The notes beneath the pieces were generated by a model. That model was not told the origin of the DNA and did not search any database. It saw only the letters and a list, made by a program, of their open reading frames with translations. Position numbers and translations under genes: made by a program. This document shows, piece after piece, positions 57,421 through 64,000 of a stretch of DNA of 64,000 bases. The DNA comes from Octopus vulgaris (taxonomy: Eukaryota). Where the stretch lies: contig OX597816.1 of the NCBI GenBank assembly GCA_951406725.2, positions 151,962,001 through 152,026,000 of the forward strand, written 5' to 3'. How positions within the stretch are numbered: position 1 is the first letter of the stretch; each line of letters starts with the position of its first letter.

Positions 57421-57421
<1 letters not shown>
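55470..57421 (+). mobile_element. 5'-truncated degenerate Penelope-like element (RT C-terminus, Cys linker, GIY-YIG, long 3' UTR)
   Basis: IQLTMEYS..LPFQDILI..IETDIFKPMDSKQYLLFSSCHPKHTKRNILFNFARRICMI; CNRPNCGTC; NLIYVLKCGRCGGDYTGQT; ends at (TA)n; 48-bp and 74-bp tandem duplications in the UTR. Confidence 0.85.
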
Positions 57422-57466
<45 letters not shown>

Positions 57467-57565
57467 ATCCAAACATGAAAACACCAAGAGAAAACACAAC
57501 AGCGCAAGGACGTGGAACAAGTATAGTGTTATTAGACGCTCAGGAGAGGAAAGAAAGAAGGAGGA

Positions 57566-57598
57566 TTTAACGTTTTGAGCGGAGCTCTTCGTCAGAAA
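57566..57598 (-). ncRNA. Minimal hammerhead with G12 to A change in (TA)n-flanked fragment 57465-57672
   Basis: ttt CTGACGA a gagc tcc gctc AAAA cg TT aaa; the tail of the same family recurs inverted at 59635-59733. Confidence 0.65.
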
Positions 57599-57690
57599 CA
57601 TAGGAAAAGGAAAGATCCAAGGAAGGGAAGACAGAGGAAAAAAATCGCCAACGATTCACATGCAGTCACATTTATATTTATATAAGTATG

Positions 57691-57727
<37 letters not shown>

Positions 57728-57902
57728 ATAAATATTAGGGAATAAATCCAAAATTACAGGGAAAAAATCAGATTTAGGATTAAATCCAATTTTATAGTAA
57801 AATATTATAAAATATTATTAGAGACAAAACCACTATTTTGCAAAACAAACAAGGAAAGACTTAATCAATACATAAAATTTTAATAAATAGTCAAAAAAAC
57901 CG

Positions 57903-57945
57903 CCACTACAATCGTTTCTTGTCTTGATCGACAATCTTCAGGTGG
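57903..57945 (-). ncRNA. Minimal type I hammerhead ribozyme
   Basis: ccac CTGAAGA ttgtc gatcaa gacaa GAAA cgattg TA gtgg. Confidence 0.85.
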
Positions 57946-57980
57946 ACTTCCAATAAGTCAGTTTCTGACTTATTGGAAGT

Positions 57981-58023
57981 TCACCTGAAGATTGTCGATC
58001 AAGACAAGAAACGATTGTAGTGG
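57981..58023 (+). ncRNA. Minimal type I hammerhead ribozyme
   Basis: tcac CTGAAGA ttgtc gatcaa gacaa GAAA cgattg TA gtgg. Confidence 0.85.
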
Positions 58024-58110
58024 CGGTTTTTTTGACTATTTATTAAAATTTTATGTATTGATTAAGTCTTTCCTTGTTTGTTTTGCAAAATAGTGGTTTT
58101 GTCTCTAATA

Positions 58111-58232
<122 letters not shown>

Positions 58233-58287
58233 TACATATATATATATATACATATATACATATATATATATATATATGTATGTATGT

Positions 58288-58595
58288 GAAGGCACATGGC
58301 TTAGTCGTTAGATTGTTGAGCTTATGATCGTGAAGTTGTGAGTTTGATTCCTGGACTGAGCTGCGTGTTGCGTTCTTGAGCAAGACACTTTATTTCATGT
58401 TGCTCCAGTTAACTCAGCTGTAGGAAATAGTTGCAACATCACTGATGCCATGCTGTATCGACTTTTGTCTTTCTCTTGGATAACATAGTGGTATGCATAG
58501 TGGTATGCATGGGTGACTGCTGGCCTTCCACAAACAACCTTGCCCAGACTTGTGCATCGGAGGGGAACTTTCTAGATGCAATCACATGGTCATTC
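58288..58595 (+). mobile_element. tRNA-derived SINE family C; head-only copy at 19372-19456 (-)
   Basis: A-box tggcttagtcgtta, B-box gagtttgattcct, then ttcttgagcaagacacttta central motif. Confidence 0.75.
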
Positions 58596-58981
58596 ATATA
58601 TATATATATATATATATCATCATCATCATCATCATCGTTTAACGTCCGCTTTCCGTGCTGGCATGGGTTGGACGGTTTGACTGAGGACTGGCGAGCCAGA
58701 TGGCTGCACTAGGCTCCAATCTGATCTGGCAGAATCAATTTGATGATGATGATATATATATATATATATATTTATCAAAAGAAAAACAGGATGCAAGGAT
58801 TTAGCGGTACATATGTTTCTCGATATTGAGTGAAAAAACGGTATGGACGTTTTGTTTTGGTGTCTTGCTTTGCCATATACGACTATGAGGATTTGCATTC
58901 CCAATGAAACTCGTCTTTTTCCCAAACTTCTTCTCAAACCTGCTATAATGTAATACATGTCTTTGGTGTGGCAATTGTGCA

Positions 58982-59066
58982 CGGCTGAAGAAGGCTATTG
59001 ACATACATGTTACATCAATTATGCATTGATATAAACTGTCCAATAAAGCCAGAAACATATGTACCG
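58982..59066 (+). ncRNA. Type I hammerhead ribozyme with long stem II in fold-back element 58770-59170
   Basis: cgg CTGAAGA aggctattgac...gtccaataaagcca GAAA catatg TA ccg; palindromic stem III ACATATGT; 51-bp inverted repeat 58770-58820 / 59051-59101. Confidence 0.8.
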
Positions 59067-59167
59067 CTAAATCCTTGCATCCTGTTTTTCTTTTGATAAA
59101 TATACCCTATCACCTACACCACTAACTGGCATATACAGGTGCTTACAGTTATCAAGTATTCACCCTG

Positions 59168-59210
<43 letters not shown>

Positions 59211-59593
59211 TATATATGTGGCATGTAAGAGAACCTTCCGTTTCGCGACCGTTGCCAGCACCGCCCCGACTGGCCTTGTGCCGATGGCACGTAAAAAGCA
59301 CCATCCGTTCGTGTCCGTTGCCAGCCTCGCCTGGCCCTCGTGCCAGTGGCGCATAAAAAGCACCATCCGTTCGTGGCCGTTTGCCAGCTCTGTCTGGCAC
59401 CTGTGCGGGTGGCACGTAAAAAGCACCCACTACACTCACGGAGTGGTTGGTGTTAGGAAGGGCATCCAGCCGTAGAAACACTGCCAGATTTGACTGTGCC
59501 TGATGAAGCCTTCTGGCTTCACAGACTCCAGTAGAACCGTCCATCCACGCTAGCATGGAAAACGGACGCTAAACGATGATGATGATGATGATG

Positions 59594-59633
<40 letters not shown>

Positions 59634-59821
59634 CCTCCTCCTTCTTCCCTTTTTTCCTGAGCGCCCAATAATACTTTAATTATCCCACATCCTCGCGTTG
59701 TTGTCTTTTTGTTTTCTTGTTTGGATTAACTTTATATATATATATAAGTATACATGTATATATACATACATATATGTATGTATGTATATATATTAATGAA
59801 AGTTTACAGTATTATAGATGC

Positions 59822-60046
59822 ATTTCAGCTGATCTTACTTATCAATTTCAAGCTGAGTATTAGATTACTTGATACTAGGTAACAGCACAGTTAAGTAACA
59901 CCACAGGTGATGGATATGGAAAAATATAATGACTTTTTCATAACTGCCATCTCTGAAGAGCATATGGTGTTACCTAACCATAGAGTTATCTAATATCTGG
60001 TTACCTACTACTCAGTGTAAAACTGATTGGTTAGATCAGCTGAAAT
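59822..60046. repeat. Old imperfect palindrome (MITE-like hairpin)
   Basis: Ends atttcagctgatct / agatcagctgaaat with internal patchy complementarity (ctgagta/tactcag, gtaacacca/tggtgttac). Confidence 0.6.
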
Positions 60047-60141
60047 AGATTTATAAAGAGTGTACTAAGATTAATATACCTACTGTATTGAAAAATATAT
60101 GAATGCATATTTCTTCTGACTTGAAGACTCTCTGACAACTC

Positions 60142-60195
<54 letters not shown>

Positions 60196-60520
60196 AGAGG
60201 AGGATGAGGAGGACGAGGATGAGGAGTAGGAGGAGGAGGAGGGATCAGCTTTCCTTTCAGACATCTATTGTAGACATAACTGTGTTTCAGTTTAATCTTT
60301 TTTTATCAAAATGGTTTCATATTTCCTTATTAGCCCTTTCTTTTCAGTTGGAACAATAATGTCCTAAGTTTATAAACATATCACTTCATAAAGCGTTTAT
60401 AAACATGTCTCATCTTCCAAGGGAAGTAGCAATAGCAGGATATGCTGTTGACATGTTTTATATACTGTAGGCAGAAAAGGATCTTGGAAATTCCTGATTG
60501 CCAGATGTAAAATTGCTTAA

Positions 60521-60730
60521 CCCTTTCATTACTGTATTTATTTTGAGATGCTCTATGTTTCTTTCAATTACTTTAAATATAACAAAAAATTTAGTAAAAT
60601 AACTTAAGCTAGTGATAGGAACATAAATTGTGACTAAGGTTTGGTAGAAGATTTTAATTCAAAACTCATGAAAACAAGATATTTGTACTCAGAGCTAGAG
60701 CCGGTTTCAGCCAGGTTGGTAATGAAAGGG
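60521..60730. mobile_element. piggyBac-type MITE
   Basis: TTAA|ccctttcattac ... gtaatgaaaggg|TTAA: 12-bp TIR with CCC/GGG ends and TTAA TSD. Confidence 0.88.
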
Positions 60731-61283
60731 TTAATGATTAACTCTTGGTGACTTTCAAAGTTTATTTTCATGTATGTCATGCCTACATATTGGTTTTTGA
60801 TTTTCATTTTGGTATTGATACAGCTTCCATAGTTTATGATCTAATTTTTTTTATGGAAGGCTATATAGAATTGTAGCATTACCAGCAGTGTTATCAACTG
60901 ATGCTTTGAATCAAGCTATATTTTATACTCTGTATTATAATGAGATGTAATGGTCCCTTGCTGTGAATTTGCGGTCAACTGACAAGAGTTATGTGTCTGA
61001 ATTGCAAGTTTTATCAACTCATGTTTTCATTCAAATTTGTATATTACCTACGTTGTAGATGCAGGTATGGGTGTGTGGTTAAAATATTTGATTCTCAACC
61101 ACATGGGTCCAAGTTCAGTACTTGGGGAAGTTTCTTCTACTGTTACCTCAGGCTGAGCAAAGCCTTGTGAGTGAGTTTGGTTGACAGAAACTAAAAGGAT
61201 CCCATTGTATGTATGTATGTATGTATGTATGTATGTATGTATGTATGTATGTATGTATGTATGTATGTATGTGTGTATGTATG

Positions 61284-61822
61284 TCTCTTCTATTTTTTAA
61301 TTATTATAACTTTTGCACTGAGGAGGGAGCTGGCTTCCAACAAAGATACAAGGCTCCATTTTTGTGATGTAGTTAATATACACAAATTCACATTTAGAAC
61401 TTGAGAAAAGTCTTGCATATTTTTACTGTTCCACTCACAGATTGCTCTTGTAATATATGAATCAGCTGGTCAATTTCTCTTTCTGAAAATCCCAGTTTAT
61501 CCAGACTCTCCTTTAAGCATTCACTAACAGAACTTAGTGCTCCAATTATTATTGGCATGAATGTGAATTCGTAGTCTGGATATAGAAGCTGGAGGTTGTG
61601 AAGCAGTTGTCCATAGATATCCTCTTTTTCTTTGATTTTCAAAGAGATATTTATATCTGCTGAGTGGCTAACCTCTATGATGGTACACACTTTTGCCTCT
61701 CTGTCCCAAACAACAATATCCAGCCTGTTATGCTTACATTTGACAGAAGTTTTGATTGGAATATTCCACCAATATTCCTTGAGTTGGTGTTTATGAATGT
61801 ATTCCATAACAGAGGGATTTTC
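61284..61822 (-). mobile_element. 5'-truncated R4/Dong-like non-LTR element (restriction-like endonuclease) inserted in (CATA)n
   Basis: EYWWNIPIKT...HNRLDIVVWDREAKVCTIIEVS..ADINI..K.KEKEDIYGQL...MPIIIGALS is a PD-(D/E)xK RLE pattern; stop at 61394; short 3' UTR; (TATG)n on both sides. Confidence 0.85.
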
Positions 61823-62432
61823 TATGTATGTATGCATATGTGTATGTATGTATGTATGTATGTATGTATGTATGTATGTATGTATGTATGTATGTATGTA
61901 TGTATGTATGTATGCATGTATGTATGCATGCATGCATGTATGTATGTAAGTATGCATGTATGTATTTATGTATGCATGTCATTATTCCGTTTATTTCAAG
62001 ATTTCTTGCCAATAGAGAAAGAACTGGTTTCTAACCTAGATTTAAGGCTCCTTCATTGGAATTTCAACATCAACAGCAGGGTATTTTTGTATGTATGTAT
62101 GTATGTATGCATATATGTATGTATATTTGCGGATTTGTATGTTTTACTTTATGTGTGTCTCCTTATGCATATAGTTGCATATCTAGACATGGTCATATAT
62201 ATTTAAATGATAAACTTCTGGAAAGTTTTACAGATCTTTACAGTTTCAGTCATGGATTGGATCTATAGTCTTCAAATTAGCTTTCTCCTTTCTGCGTTTG
62301 AGAAGCCTAATTACTCAAAACTGGTATTTAGGCAGTGTGTTACATATCCCAGGGCCCCAATAATTACAGGTATAAACCTAAACTTGTAATCTGGATTAGA
62401 GTAACTGCAGATTTCTCAGTAGTTCAGCATAT

Positions 62433-62596
62433 ACATTATTTACATTTGATGGATATTTGTCTTGATCGTGTTTGTTGTTAACACAACATTTCGGCTGAAA
62501 TACCCTCCAGCCTTCATCAGGTGTCTTGGGGAAATTTTGAACATGGGTTCTCATTCATAAGGTATTTTTTTGATGTTGTTATTATTATTATTATTA

Positions 62597-62674
<78 letters not shown>

Positions 62675-62708
62675 TAACTGCCTGGAATCGAACTCGGAAT
62701 ATAGAACT
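62433..62708 (-). mobile_element. SINE-like element: tRNA B-box, (AAT)n, hammerhead-containing 3' end, 14-bp TSD
   Basis: gtagttcagcatat at 62419-62432 and 62709-62722; gagttcgattcc B-box near the 5' end. Confidence 0.75.
62481..62524 (-). ncRNA. Minimal type I hammerhead ribozyme
   Basis: acac CTGATGA a ggctg gagggtattt cagcc GAAA tg TT gtgt; stem III probably ACGT before CpG decay. Confidence 0.8.
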
Positions 62709-62718
62709 GTAGTTCAGC

Positions 62719-62749
<31 letters not shown>

Positions 62750-63055
62750 TGTATGTATGTATGTATGTATGCATGCATATGTGTGTGTTTGTATGCATAT
62801 GTGTATGTATATATGTATGTGTATATGCTTACATGTATGTATGTATATATGTATGTGTATATGTATACATGTATGTATGTATGCATATGTGTGTGTATGT
62901 ATGTATGTATGTATGTTTGTATGTATGTATGCATGCATATGTGTATTTATGCATTTATGTATGTATATATGTATGTATGCATATGTGTATGTATGTATGT
63001 ATGTATGTATGTATGTATGTATGTATGTATGTATGTATGCATGCATATGTGTATG

Positions 63056-63089
<34 letters not shown>

Positions 63090-63600
63090 TGTATGTATAT
63101 ATGTATGCATATGTGTATGTATGTATGTATGTATGCATATGTGTATGTATGTATGCTTATATGTAAGTGTATATGCATACATGTATGTATGTATGCATAT
63201 GTGTGTGTATATATGTTTGTTTGTATGTATGCATGCATATGAGTATGTATACATTTATGTATGTATGTATGTATGAGTGTGAGTATCTGAGTGTTTGTGT
63301 TTCCTTGTCTTCACATTGTGATTGTTGTAAATGAATGTCATTCACTTCCAATAGCCAATATTTTGCAAAAAGATATCTGATCATGTGGAAATATTACCTT
63401 ACTTTGTAACAGGTAAGGGTTGGCAACAGAAAGGACATTTACCCATAGAAGATCTGCCTCAATAAACTCCATCCAACCCATGCAAGTATGGACTCTATAA
63501 GTGGACTCTAAAATATTAAGGGTGATACTATATATGTGCCGAATTTTTTAAATATGCAAAGTCACTGGTTTTAATTGATTAATATCAATCCCTTATTATT

Positions 63601-63642
<42 letters not shown>

Positions 63643-63644
<2 letters not shown>

Positions 63645-64000
63645 TGCAGGAGTGGCTGTGTGATAAGTAGCTTGCTTACCAACCACATGTTTCCAGGTTC
63701 AGTTGCACTGCGTGGCACCTTGGGTAAGTGTCTTCTACTATAGCCTCGGGCTGACCAAAGCCTTGTGAGTGAATTTGGTAGACGGAAATTGAAAGAAGCT
63801 CATCGTATATGTGTGTGTGTGTTTCTGTGTCTATGTTTGTCCTCCCAACATCGCTTGACAACCGATGTTGGTGTGTTTACGTCCCCATAACTTAGCAGTT
63901 TGGCAAAAGAGACTGATAGAATAAGTACTAGGCTTACAAAGAATAAATCCTGGGGTCCATTTGCTCGACTAAAGATGGTGCTCCAGCATGACCACAGTCA
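63643..64000 (+). mobile_element. SINE family A copy running off the window edge
   Basis: Near-consensus match to the 25666 copy. Confidence 0.9.

Overview
AT-rich, microsatellite-dense animal DNA. The SINE, RTE-tail and microsatellite landscape looks like an octopus (coleoid cephalopod) genome; this is an inference, not a database result. No complete gene is present, and almost every ORF in the track is a translated simple repeat. Two unique segments with good splice signals (49856-49995 and 3565-3703, both minus strand) may be exons of a host gene with very large introns. The rest is mobile DNA: tRNA-derived SINEs, CR1-like, RTE and R4/Dong-like non-LTR fragments, Helitron, hAT, piggyBac and Tc1-type non-autonomous elements, and three Penelope-like element (PLE) coding remnants. 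The most striking signal is about 10 type I hammerhead ribozymes with intact CUGANGA and GAAA cores plus about 7 decayed ones. They belong to many different sequence families, are almost all embedded in (TA)n tracts, and often sit in fold-back (tail plus inverted arm) structures. One is carried by a TSD-flanked tRNA-SINE-like element.
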